Shown here in pieces: positions 14,501 through 22,613 of a stretch of DNA of 64,000 nt (the stretch's first letter is position 1; each line of letters begins with the position of its first letter). Below the pieces are notes generated by a model. The model ran no database searches. It had not been told where the DNA came from and worked only from the letters and a program-made list of their open reading frames with translations. The position numbers and the translations under genes were made by a program. The stretch comes from Flectonema sp. DT1601 (taxonomy: Eukaryota), in NCBI GenBank assembly GCA_964019425.1, contig OZ025791.1, forward strand, positions 1,178,001-1,242,000. Direction: 5' to 3'.

Positions 14501-17500
14501 AAAGACTCGCAGTGTCCGATTGCGAATCCCCATCACAAACTGAAAGGGTTACTGTTCCAGAGAATAACTCATATATAAACACGAAAGGAATTCTAATCAT
14601 ACTCTGTGAGATACCCATCATCGTGTCCAATTGAAGTAAAGCATTAAAACCCGTAAGAGTACTCTCCTTAGGTCTGGTGTATTTGATACCTGCGCTAATG
14701 CGATCTGCCCAATCAGTTTTTAAAATCGCTACGCAGCTTTCATCAATCAACGTGTCATATGTTTCACTACGATCCCAGTTGTCTTCATACTCACAAGATG
14801 CTTCACCATGGATGCGAGATGCTCGAAGTGTGTTTGCTCGATTCTTTAGAATCATGTGATTCTTCGTCAACTCACTTTCTTCTAAAAGCCGCAACTCATC
14901 CTTTTGAGGAAGTGCACAGGATGCTGAAACATCACCTCGTCGAGTAACATATTTTAACAATTCTTTATCAACCTCCCACGGACATGTCATCTCTGGGTAG
15001 GGAACCATCGACAAAGACATTCGAAGCCTACAAGCAACAGCGTTGATGTGTTTACTTTGAAGTATTGAGAGAGCAAGCCTTCCCCATAATTGTTTTTCCT
15101 CTCCGTTTTCTGCATCAGCAAGACTCAAAGCTGCAGCGACCAACTCATCGTATTGCTGAGTCTGTGACTGACAAAGGCAAAGATACATCGCTGAAGCAAG
15201 TGACTTACTAAATGCAAACACCTCCGACAAGTGAAGTGGATAGAGATAATGCCTTGATCCTTCCGTCAGTACAGAGACCCAAGCTGGCTCTCCTCTCCTG
15301 AAGATACTTTGAGTAGAGACATCCGATAGCTCTGTGACCCACGTTGGGTCCTTCTCTTTTACGTTCTCTTCTTCCGTAGGTTGTTCCTCAAGAGATGGAA
15401 TTTCAGGCGGTGAAGGTGATGAGGGTTGCGATGGGGTTGCAGTTAGTGTCGCAGGGGTAACTCCTGAAGCTGCAGGTTTCTTCCTAAAGAAACTGAATGC
15501 CTCGCCTCCCTTTGCAGGCCCTTTAAAACTTTCGAGACGCTGAGCAACCGCTTCAGGTAGCAGGTCATCCACAAGAGACGCAAACACTTCACTGTGGGCT
15601 TTCATGACATCAGCATTGCGTTGTGTTTCCCGTGGAAGTCTTTTTAGCATAAATGAAATTAATTCTTCCTTCATGGCGTTAGCTATCTCGGGATCGTATG
15701 CGGCCTCCAACTCATCAGCAACCTCCTGTACAACTCTACTTGATGGAGATACAACTACTGTTGCTGCCTGTTCTGTTTCATACTGCTCTCGTAATTTTTT
15801 GTTGGACTTCTTGCCGACACACTCATGGCACTTAAACCCACTCTTGCGAACTCGACCTGCTCGGTCTGTTCGACCGCAGACAATGCAAACTTCCGTAAGA
15901 CGACCAGCAGCCTCGTGTTTCTTGCGCCTGTCAGAAGGGACGAGATCAAGTGGCTGACAGTCGTAGTCTTCACCATTTTCAAAATGAACTGAAAAGGTAC
16001 CTGCGATTTGACCATGACCAGTTACTGTTCCTTCGAGTTTTGCAGGTACCGCAGTACTTCCATCAGGAAACTTTATACTACGAGCTGATACAACATGACT
16101 TCCAACAGCTGTAACCAACGGTGCGTGTGTCCCTGGTTTCATTGGCTCAGCTATAGCAGAAACCATAACTGAGAGCTGACCCGTTGATGCATCCTGTAGT
16201 AGCAAACTTCCTCCTCCAAACTGCTTTATAACACTTTTAGTGTTGTCAGATACCTGACCAGTGTACAACTTCTGTCCAGCGTGTTGGTCGCATATCAAAC
16301 AGCCTGACTCACTCATATGAAAAGATAACATTAGTCTTGGTATTTCTATTAACTTAATTGAACCAGTCTCATCTCCCCATACTAAGATGTGTGAAATATT
16401 TTCAATTCGGACCAGCAGTTTTGCTAACTCAGAAGAAAGATCATGAAGTAAATTAATTAAAATTAACTTCGGTTCTCCCTCGATTGGTTTATTGTCAGCA
16501 TCAGCAGACTGACGGGTAACAATTGCTGTGGCATCTTCTCCCTTTTGAAGTAACTCAATTGTGAGAATAGTACGAACAGTTCCTTCAGGACATTCTCTTA
16601 AGTAACCAGAGAGGCTGTGAGGTGATGGAGTAGTTTGATTCTGCCAGAAGATATATTGCCCTAAAATACAATCCGGAAGTAATCCAAGTAGCAGTCGAGT
16701 AGGAACATGAGTTTGCGTGCCCAATTCTTTGTTTATTGTCCTGCAAATTACAAGCGATGGTTGTGATTGTTCGATAAACGCAGCCGTACCTGCCTGCAAC
16801 GACCATTCTTCATCGCAATTTTTCCAAACCCGTTGTTCAACAACTGAGTCCGTTTCACTTTCACCAACATGAGGAGAGTGCAAGCTCCACGCTGCGTCAG
16901 ATGTAAATTTCTGTCTTCTGTAATACCTCCTCCCGTACTCAACCACATCGTAAATGTGAACAACTGGTGGAGTCTGACTAACAACAACTTCCTTAAGTTG
17001 AATAGGACCTTCTGTTCTACCTCTTGCTTGATACAAACCAGTCAAGACAATATTTGACTTATCAGCACAGCTAGTGGAGGGTAAGTAAAGTATCATTTCT
17101 TGAAGAATTGGTGTGACTTGCTTAACAGGTTCCAGCACCTCAGCAATCCATCTGTCAGCAACACCCAAAGAAGAAGGTTTGTATTGTTTCCCTTTCGGCA
17201 TTACTGGAGATCGGGTATCAGAATCCCAATACTGAAGATCGTGTCTCCTACCCAACATCCTTAACCAATGTCGGTGTTTGTTAACTGAGACATCAGCGCA
17301 GTGAACGTCACCTATTTGTTTGAAAACTGTTTGGAAATCGCTGTTGTCGTAAATTTGTTGCGGGACTAGTTTTAATTCCTGTTTTTTGAGAGAGAATTCC
17401 CCCAAGTTAACATTTATCATTATGGCATTCGGACCTTCAGATGTTCTAAGAAGCCAATCACGGTACGACTCTTCGGGTTTTGGTTTCAATGCGTCTGGTG

Positions 17501-20500
17501 AAAAACTTGAATCTGGAACTAGTGAACCAGGGAGATTCGGTGGTACGATCCATTTCCGCTTTGGTTGTTCCTGCACACCTTTGTTAGGTTTGAATATGTC
17601 ACCTGTCATTGTAGCCACTCGTGATACTGCTTCTGGAACACTTCCATCATCGTTGTCAATAATCCATCTCCACATTGGTCTTCTGTGTTTTTCAAACACC
17701 TCAAATATTTCGAATTCAGTTATCCCACCCAATCCCTTGCCTCGATGAAAACTTGACACAAATACCTGAGCTGCTAAGACTGTGGCGACTGACTGAAATG
17801 TGTAGTCATTCGGTTCAGTGTTTCTAAACAGTAAAGCCAAGTGTGAATAAATTTTACACGTCGCGGAAATGTCTTTTGCGAGTAGTGTTTTCCGACACCA
17901 ACGAGAGAGCATTCGAAAGACTTGACCAGTGAGGATCTCACTTAGTTGAGTTTCAGTTTTTTTAAGAATTTGATATTCTTCAGTTACCACAGTTGAGAGT
18001 AGGCCGCGAACTCCACGTCGAATTGCTGGATTAGTTGAATCATGATGAGCACTTGATTGAGCCTCTGCATGTCTCAGACAAAAACAAACATAACTCTGAA
18101 TTCTAACTGTCAATCTCACAACATATAAAATAGTTGTCGCAGAATGCTGACTATACCTACCAGTGTCTTTTTCCAACACATAAGATATCATTTGTGTTAA
18201 TGATTTAAATATTACATCAGGGGATGTCGTCAATTCATTATTTAGAAGTCCCGCTGGAGTTGACAAGTGTTCTCGTGTATCAGCGGGAATATATTGAGGA
18301 CACATTTTTTGAAGCTCTACTTGAAATGAAGCAGGTTCGAAAAGAGCAGCATCTATAACAGATTGTACAGTAGGGTCACTAAGAGCATGAATTCTATCTC
18401 TGTCCGCAAAGAATCCCATTAGCAGGGGAATTCTAATAAACGGAGCAGTTAAAATGGTAAGAAGTAATTCGCTATCTTGTTTACGTAAGGAGGAGTCAAA
18501 ATCTGGTAATTCCTTTGACGGGATGAATAAAACATCATCTTCCGTATCGATCTGTCGGCCAGCCAAAACACTTGGATCAGCAGCTGAGAAGTTTCGTAAC
18601 GTCTTTCTTTTTTCAATTCCTAACTTCTCTTTGAAACCCCTAAACAGGCCACCAGTCTTGACCGTTTTTGTGATCGTGTCGTCGAGGCATTTCTGGAAAC
18701 CTTCAACTGTGAGCATCGTTTTATCATCTTCGAGAACTTCGTACCTTAGAATTGCGTGATGAGCATTCCACAACTTAATATCGGGAAGTGCTTCAACAGT
18801 TTTAGATAACAACATTCTCAAAAGAAACACAGAATCGCGCAGTAATTGAAACTCCGGAAATGCATCAACAACAACTGGGTCTTCCCCTGAAAACAGTGGC
18901 GCTACATCTTCCGGTGCATCACTTCTATAGGCATCACCTGCAGCGCAGAAGAGCTGAGTTATAAATAGCGTGTCACCGTCACATAATTTCAAACCATCTT
19001 CAAACGAGAACAAGACATGATCTCGATACAATCCCTTTTTGTATTGCATGAAATAATCGAGTACGATAGTTCGCAGTCCCATTACTTCAGGAGAACAGAT
19101 TAGTAAACAATCTGTTTGATGTAGTAGCTCACTCATGTCGAGGCCAAATCGAGTTACTGGTCCCTCACACGTTCCATCGTAATGGAGGGAGAAGGCAGAC
19201 AAATTGTTTTTCACAGTAGTTCTACAAAGCGAATCAATAACTGCCAAGATTGAGGCAGCGATGATCACTCGAAGGCCGTCGATTTCACGGCTTGTTCGAA
19301 GAGAAAAGACAGATGAAATGAAATGTCTCAGCAACGTGTGAAACATTCGAAGTAGCTCCTGCTGTGATTCGTAACGAATTTCTCGACGGTAGAAACAACG
19401 TGAATCAAACAATTGATGATTCTTATGTAACGGTAAAGGAACAACTCTACACATTAGATGAGATATAAAAGACACTTTAAGTGGAGCTGCTAATAACATC
19501 GCTTGTTGTTGATTGTCGAGTAAGAATAAACAATTTAAAGAATTCTTCATAACACTTACCAAATCATCCCAGTCGTGTACTTCCTCTGATAAAACTGCCA
19601 GCGGAATAGGTAAAACCATTTTTGGTCTAATCGGAGGGCCAATCAGACTTTCAATAGATGACTGATTGCAAAAAGCACCCCATCTTGAGAACCACTTTCC
19701 AACGGGCCTACTCAGGTCAACTTCATCAGGCACAGGCTGAGATATCACGTATATGATACTAGAAGGGGGTTTCGCTGACTTTATAAGTTCGTTATTGGTT
19801 TCCAAAATGAGTTTTCTTAGGTCTTGCTGCTCTGACTGAACTCCCGAAAACTCACTAGCAGTCGCTGCCAACTCACCAAGTGCCAATTTAACTGCAGCTA
19901 CTTCGGCTACTGACAACGGTGGAGATGCAGCTGATTGCATCATTTTCTTTATTTTTGAGATACACAAATTCCTGACTGCCACCTCTGAGTACCATCCAGC
20001 TTGTTGTTTGGATGCCCCACAACACCTCAACCCAAAACGAGTGGCGGCAATAATTGTGTGGACGAACAAAATATCACCGTTGGGAGGCATTCTCTGAAAC
20101 CATCCTCCAACATCTTCGCGAGGACACGTCTTTGGTGGCACTCGGGAAAGATAAGGACAGAGCACCTCATAAATTAATTGAGGCCCATTGGATCGATGCG
20201 GGTAAACCAGCTGACGCAGCACGACATACCAGAAAGTGCCAGTAGTCATTTTCGAGGCGGGAACATTATCCAAAATATAAGGCATTCTACGGAGCATTTC
20301 AGAAGCTGTTGGTGGTGCTGGGGATGGCATGACAAGATGGTATGAGACGCCAACTCCAAAGTTGCAAATGCCAACATTTAAATCACCACTTTGCTTTTTT
20401 GTTTTATAAATAACAAACAGTATAAAGCTTCCATTTTGTTTAGTTCCAGTAGTGACCCAACCTGCTGGGATGATAGTCATTCCACCAGCTGGAAGGCTCT

Positions 20501-20804
20501 TAATCTTATCAGTTATGAAGGTAATGTACGTTTGCAAATTACTTCTAAAAACGGACTTATCCATCCCACCTCCTACAAATGGCTGAGGTAATCTTCTGAG
20601 CATTTCAGTGCAATCATTCAAAGCAGTAGATACTTCTCTTATCCCAGGAACTACAGATGTACTAGTTGCTAAATCTGCAAACAAGTCTGCTATGTACTTA
20701 ACAGATTTACTAACTTGCTCAACTGATAGTGGGCCGTCAGCTTTTTCCCTCACCATCGACTTCGTAAATAAACCACACAACACATCGTTGTGCAGCTCAT
20801 TCAT
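8550..20804 (-). CDS. Giant 4084-aa DUF3638/DUF3645-type P-loop NTPase (SF2/SecA-like) with CxxC-CxxC Zn finger, EQ repeat, EF-hands and Vps62-like C-terminus
   Basis: Uninterrupted 12.3-kb ORF. Motifs: MIMGQGKTT (Walker A, about 13301-13328), LLLDEIDLL (Walker B, about 12811-12836), LLAIPFTGKDTPS..SEFQDPDV (DUF3645-like), GFSGT, QGAFRLR, EQEQ tract, DTDKNGILSKAEL (EF-hand), IWRPVPP..FIALGDV (Vps62-like). Confidence 0.8.
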   Translation of the reverse strand: MNELHNDVLCGLFTKSMVREKADGPLSVEQVSKSVKYIADLFADLATSTSVVPGIREVSTALNDCTEMLRRLPQPFVGGGMDKSVFRSNLQTYITFITDKIKSLPAGGMTIIPAGWVTTGTKQNGSFILFVIYKTKKQSGDLNVGICNFGVGVSYHLVMPSPAPPTASEMLRRMPYILDNVPASKMTTGTFWYVVLRQLVYPHRSNGPQLIYEVLCPYLSRVPPKTCPREDVGGWFQRMPPNGDILFVHTIIAATRFGLRCCGASKQQAGWYSEVAVRNLCISKIKKMMQSAASPPLSVAEVAAVKLALGELAATASEFSGVQSEQQDLRKLILETNNELIKSAKPPSSIIYVISQPVPDEVDLSRPVGKWFSRWGAFCNQSSIESLIGPPIRPKMVLPIPLAVLSEEVHDWDDLVSVMKNSLNCLFLLDNQQQAMLLAAPLKVSFISHLMCRVVPLPLHKNHQLFDSRCFYRREIRYESQQELLRMFHTLLRHFISSVFSLRTSREIDGLRVIIAASILAVIDSLCRTTVKNNLSAFSLHYDGTCEGPVTRFGLDMSELLHQTDCLLICSPEVMGLRTIVLDYFMQYKKGLYRDHVLFSFEDGLKLCDGDTLFITQLFCAAGDAYRSDAPEDVAPLFSGEDPVVVDAFPEFQLLRDSVFLLRMLLSKTVEALPDIKLWNAHHAILRYEVLEDDKTMLTVEGFQKCLDDTITKTVKTGGLFRGFKEKLGIEKRKTLRNFSAADPSVLAGRQIDTEDDVLFIPSKELPDFDSSLRKQDSELLLTILTAPFIRIPLLMGFFADRDRIHALSDPTVQSVIDAALFEPASFQVELQKMCPQYIPADTREHLSTPAGLLNNELTTSPDVIFKSLTQMISYVLEKDTGRYSQHSATTILYVVRLTVRIQSYVCFCLRHAEAQSSAHHDSTNPAIRRGVRGLLSTVVTEEYQILKKTETQLSEILTGQVFRMLSRWCRKTLLAKDISATCKIYSHLALLFRNTEPNDYTFQSVATVLAAQVFVSSFHRGKGLGGITEFEIFEVFEKHRRPMWRWIIDNDDGSVPEAVSRVATMTGDIFKPNKGVQEQPKRKWIVPPNLPGSLVPDSSFSPDALKPKPEESYRDWLLRTSEGPNAIMINVNLGEFSLKKQELKLVPQQIYDNSDFQTVFKQIGDVHCADVSVNKHRHWLRMLGRRHDLQYWDSDTRSPVMPKGKQYKPSSLGVADRWIAEVLEPVKQVTPILQEMILYLPSTSCADKSNIVLTGLYQARGRTEGPIQLKEVVVSQTPPVVHIYDVVEYGRRYYRRQKFTSDAAWSLHSPHVGESETDSVVEQRVWKNCDEEWSLQAGTAAFIEQSQPSLVICRTINKELGTQTHVPTRLLLGLLPDCILGQYIFWQNQTTPSPHSLSGYLRECPEGTVRTILTIELLQKGEDATAIVTRQSADADNKPIEGEPKLILINLLHDLSSELAKLLVRIENISHILVWGDETGSIKLIEIPRLMLSFHMSESGCLICDQHAGQKLYTGQVSDNTKSVIKQFGGGSLLLQDASTGQLSVMVSAIAEPMKPGTHAPLVTAVGSHVVSARSIKFPDGSTAVPAKLEGTVTGHGQIAGTFSVHFENGEDYDCQPLDLVPSDRRKKHEAAGRLTEVCIVCGRTDRAGRVRKSGFKCHECVGKKSNKKLREQYETEQAATVVVSPSSRVVQEVADELEAAYDPEIANAMKEELISFMLKRLPRETQRNADVMKAHSEVFASLVDDLLPEAVAQRLESFKGPAKGGEAFSFFRKKPAASGVTPATLTATPSQPSSPSPPEIPSLEEQPTEEENVKEKDPTWVTELSDVSTQSIFRRGEPAWVSVLTEGSRHYLYPLHLSEVFAFSKSLASAMYLCLCQSQTQQYDELVAAALSLADAENGEEKQLWGRLALSILQSKHINAVACRLRMSLSMVPYPEMTCPWEVDKELLKYVTRRGDVSASCALPQKDELRLLEESELTKNHMILKNRANTLRASRIHGEASCEYEDNWDRSETYDTLIDESCVAILKTDWADRISAGIKYTRPKESTLTGFNALLQLDTMMGISQSMIRIPFVFIYELFSGTVTLSVCDGDSQSDTASLLSRLLPDSNKTGTLISILRVLDLNPSIISTLPHYDDGRREGEGKAKAMVSGLFRGTSATTKLVQEVCNRIREQKEGIVFGVSNQLSSYTPPATIRISGSDDKRWLASPLVSDLQCLSRPHLIQNNNSFTQPLSVISAKTVRSVETISDLNDDRLPALHQSLDNLPSERCVDHIKSRLARDLENYEISKKSNKTPDMAHLGKGIRTTLRKSLTAMREADLLEMNNVRKATELMVNKNDGASWLARYGGTEVSVTMIDLSKGLCSNKGDLLIKKILDTDIGSLDEVWSNVIRWMYFGSRVSQIVRCLNELTSLEEQLRETPDEKQTIGLKAASLAAAVSAERHYTAPNGDVVTFDPRYLCYEFIFSILLRKSQVELLGKFQGAIMSGNSLCHQMIMGQGKTTVVMPLLSIIIADGSKLVTACMPRSLLDFSKSVLRESFSSPILQKAVLSIEFDRFSNVTTDLLKKVTAAVSSKAVVVIAPSSIKALLLKVIELSDSLDVNRLQAKAEVESEKKVLRKIKRVFGKSKTKTLTTTDKKNIQIKISIANDVLQLFQKGVLLLDEIDLLLHPLKSELNWPLGDKKPLDMSDKGFRWELPWQLLQLLYSDDLPMFEDVHEAHSIQKEIKTRIQEGELKHAVQSSPHFALISRLFYDNWLIPPSARYVVLWLRHHAVCCELSNEEIICYVSCKTASDLPQRALEKVRRTCRDLDIKMLNLSRLWITVLLPHVISRIHRVSYGVLGPSELERFLVLNPTMPKTRRLLAIPFTGKDTPSDSSEFQDPDVVIGFTCLAYKLSGLRYDNFLDLIKFLKSEMKEESGRPHHQRKHCLKYVEWIKNAGGRVRGFSWDGSFLFGKKDVAESAIKITELTEDSDADDMELKAFVWPLETIELSDVEQTEFIYSILQHSEKAIEFYLQEVVFPELLDKSPQTLTASAQELAGKPLASTVLGFSGTPNDLLPRSMGACHYAIGDDGKILDVLSNPKVVNPSTLPEDWSPTSLIDMVAKNNKYSALIDTGALVTGMSNLEVAHNLLVNGLKHMKGVVYLTKDGVRKVLIRRGMQSMNLYQCGLSPSERFTFYDHVHTTGMDIKQSFTCHAAMTLSKDMTFRDAAQGAFRLRGIGNGQTVDFLVPPSVHSLIKKNIGESTTMKYSQMSCILWLIQNTLKSEKHLLQLLCQQSLRTVWRHAAISQLQKSTGESQLAAESLRVLREVVNFKVSNQLAKDDFTTIEQSMKMEIDSHSQWLGKLGDGGDAERVCDSLLTTVTNGPVAGTHVTADLQYEQEQVQEQEAEQEQQQEQEQEQEQEQEIEIEAEVEAISDAAANQKYDRQEERLNGWPLSMLDDKDASVFYPLKEFSVHRGILDKTSPAIEFPPYMMASENYYKKKWRWRSLKRLKNIICAMEWVPSSSELSLYQHDGSISDMQRATLRTAFDMIVADGSESISRTELRELLHTLDITPDDDQLNTMMAAVGGGSFEAVAQAISKQSFFQIQSGRYIVVLSLTEAEHLRAALPRLSGSVALMALPLKGVSDNLLLNKSEWHIEQPTGSSHGKAAEACLHFLNSDGDMSDGMLSWALRCLQNTECNKRRDWWVHVRDCRRRKLKPWQELSVARLFVTGDEFTQLAVKAVVSRVKIAITARRMWPADVFSIIDTDKNGILSKAELYEGLHWLGVLVTSQQSEQVFSVLNKDGNTSVEPFKAMFASDGNEDLADNMYNGMIANSMFEDAPLPASTQQSNNLTIYVPPRPSDDRRGGKFEIEVKKHNAFKCIWSSRGTLCDKPLSIWIPKTSGIRDKMSHGRKLTFGYYARPHFKEPGSKDSYPCLTYSISTSISSSELSKWIEKVFPKPVGFTLQFCFVGEAAKKPLYIWRPVPPTAEFIALGDVCTMSEQEPKGLDVRCLPKSWCSPQRDEDLPLQIWDETTFGSATLWMANTFGLFKVENNGRRPKTDYPKLESNFFADYPQEVSQSGSQPGSGPASPGGLEDFLSNKKTD

Positions 20805-21655
20805 TTTGAGATCCCCTGTTATATGATTGAATAGGTGTTATAATATTTAGAAATCGTTATCAGTTAGCACCGAAATGGTCTCATTCAGTTTCAAGAATCT
20901 CACCTGAGAAGTGAATAAATGTACTAAACATAGGCACAGACAAGCTGTGATTGTCCTCGTTACAGATAAGTGTCGAAGACTTTATCCCAATAGTTAGAAT
21001 ATGAGTTTGTTATAAAAAAGTGCACTAAAATAAAATATAAAAAAGAAAAGTTATAAAAACACATTGTTCTGCTGTTCCAATTTATCCCAATAGTTAGTTA
21101 GTATATGAGATTATTAAAAAAAATGCATTTGAGAAAATAAGATACTGAAAACATTAAATTGTTCTGCTGTTCCTTATAACACTGTGAAAAACGCGTAGTT
21201 TCAGGCCTTCATCAGTTCCGGGACTTTATCCAATTTTTTTGTAAATCAGTCTATTGAAAAGTATTTCTTAACATAAGAACTGATAATAACTTGTCCATCA
21301 GAGCTCGTCAGGACAGGCCAGCATACATTTGCTTTCGTCTAACTAAGTTGTATCTCTTCCGATGCGGCGCGTTTAACATCAACCGCAAGTCCTTTTATGC
21401 TTCCTTCCGAACTGGAATCATCTCTTGCGTTTCTCTTTTTCTTTACTTCAGTAATGAGTAAGAGTCCTTCTGCTGGTGTCATTGCACGGTCACCATCGAT
21501 GTCTGTTGGAATAGCGTTCATAAGTATCATAATAGAGGACCTGCAGAAACCCCCCACCTAACACTCAATCCAAGCCCACCACCCCACGAAAATACTATCC
21601 AACAAATCCAATTCCGCTACTCCCCAGCGGCACACTAGTTTCAAAATTTCATTTT

Positions 21656-21791
21656 GGGAAAAACTATAATTCCACAAAAAAGTTTCTGAAATGTCCGATC
21701 TCAACATGAAAGTTTCCGAAATGGACAGCTCCACACAAAATAGTTTCCGAAACGGACAGCTCCACACACGAAAGTTTCCGAAATGGACAGC
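21656..21791 (+). repeat. Left TIR of the MULE with ~31-bp internal tandem units (AGTTTCCGAAATGGACAGCTCCACAC)
   Basis: Three GGACAGC-containing units, inverted relative to 25957-26154. Confidence 0.85.
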
Positions 21792-22613
21792 TGTTTTTTT
21801 TTTTTTTTATAGCTTACTGCCAGTGCATTTCGGGGTCGCCCAAAGTCATGGGGATTTTTTTTTCCTCGTAAGGCAAGGCCATCCGACGAGATGAGTGAAA
21901 TACACCGAACCTGTGTGACCTGGGGCTAGGCCTGACTGCGCCCCTGGATCGGCATAGCTCGGTATGTGTGCAGGGCCAGGTATAGGGATGGACGAATTTC
22001 GGGTAGAGACACTTGTCCCGACTTGTCAGCTCATACAACATACTTGTGCAAAAAGCTAAAAGCTAAAGCTAAGCTTTTTGGAGCTAAAGCTAAGCTATCT
22101 AGCTTTTTTTAGCTTTTTTTTGAAAAAAAAAATTTTTTAAATTTTGGCATGTTTCTGTACTTTTTTGATATTTTTTTTGGTTTTGTGAGGAAAAAAAGTG
22201 TGGAAAAAAAAAAAAATCACCAATTATAATATTTCCAGTATCCACCACTACAGGTTTTTGTGTGTTTTTTGGCTCATTTAAGCTGTTAAGTGACGTGATT
22301 TTTCGATATTTGCGCAACCTGGTATCTACAAAGATAACATTTCATAATTCAACTATGTGTACTGTTGGGAGAGAAATATGTTTTTTTTTTGATATGACAG
22401 GCAAATTATTACTTATTACAATCAACACTGAGCATGATTATTCACCATACTTGCCTTAACACACATTTTCCCTACCTGGATTAAAAAAATGTCACTAAAA
22501 GGAGGAGATATCCATAAATTCACTAAATAATTATACCACAGAAGTAGTAAAATACAAGCTAGAAAGACATGTGATATCAGTTATTAGAAGAGGGTAGAAA
22601 GGAATTATTAAAC

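Noticed and set aside
1922..20826. Numerous short overlapping or antisense ORFs within CPSF160, the CAP gene and the giant gene
   Set aside because: Shadow frames of long real ORFs with no independent motifs.
20980..21175. Two ~100-bp diverged direct repeats starting TTTATCCCAATAGTTAG
   Set aside because: Ordinary local tandem duplication with no further structure.
21190..21226. Minus-strand hammerhead-like core CTGATGA-AGGCCT-GAAAC
   Set aside because: Stems I and III pair weakly, it is a single copy, and a chance match is plausible; an Infernal search would be needed.
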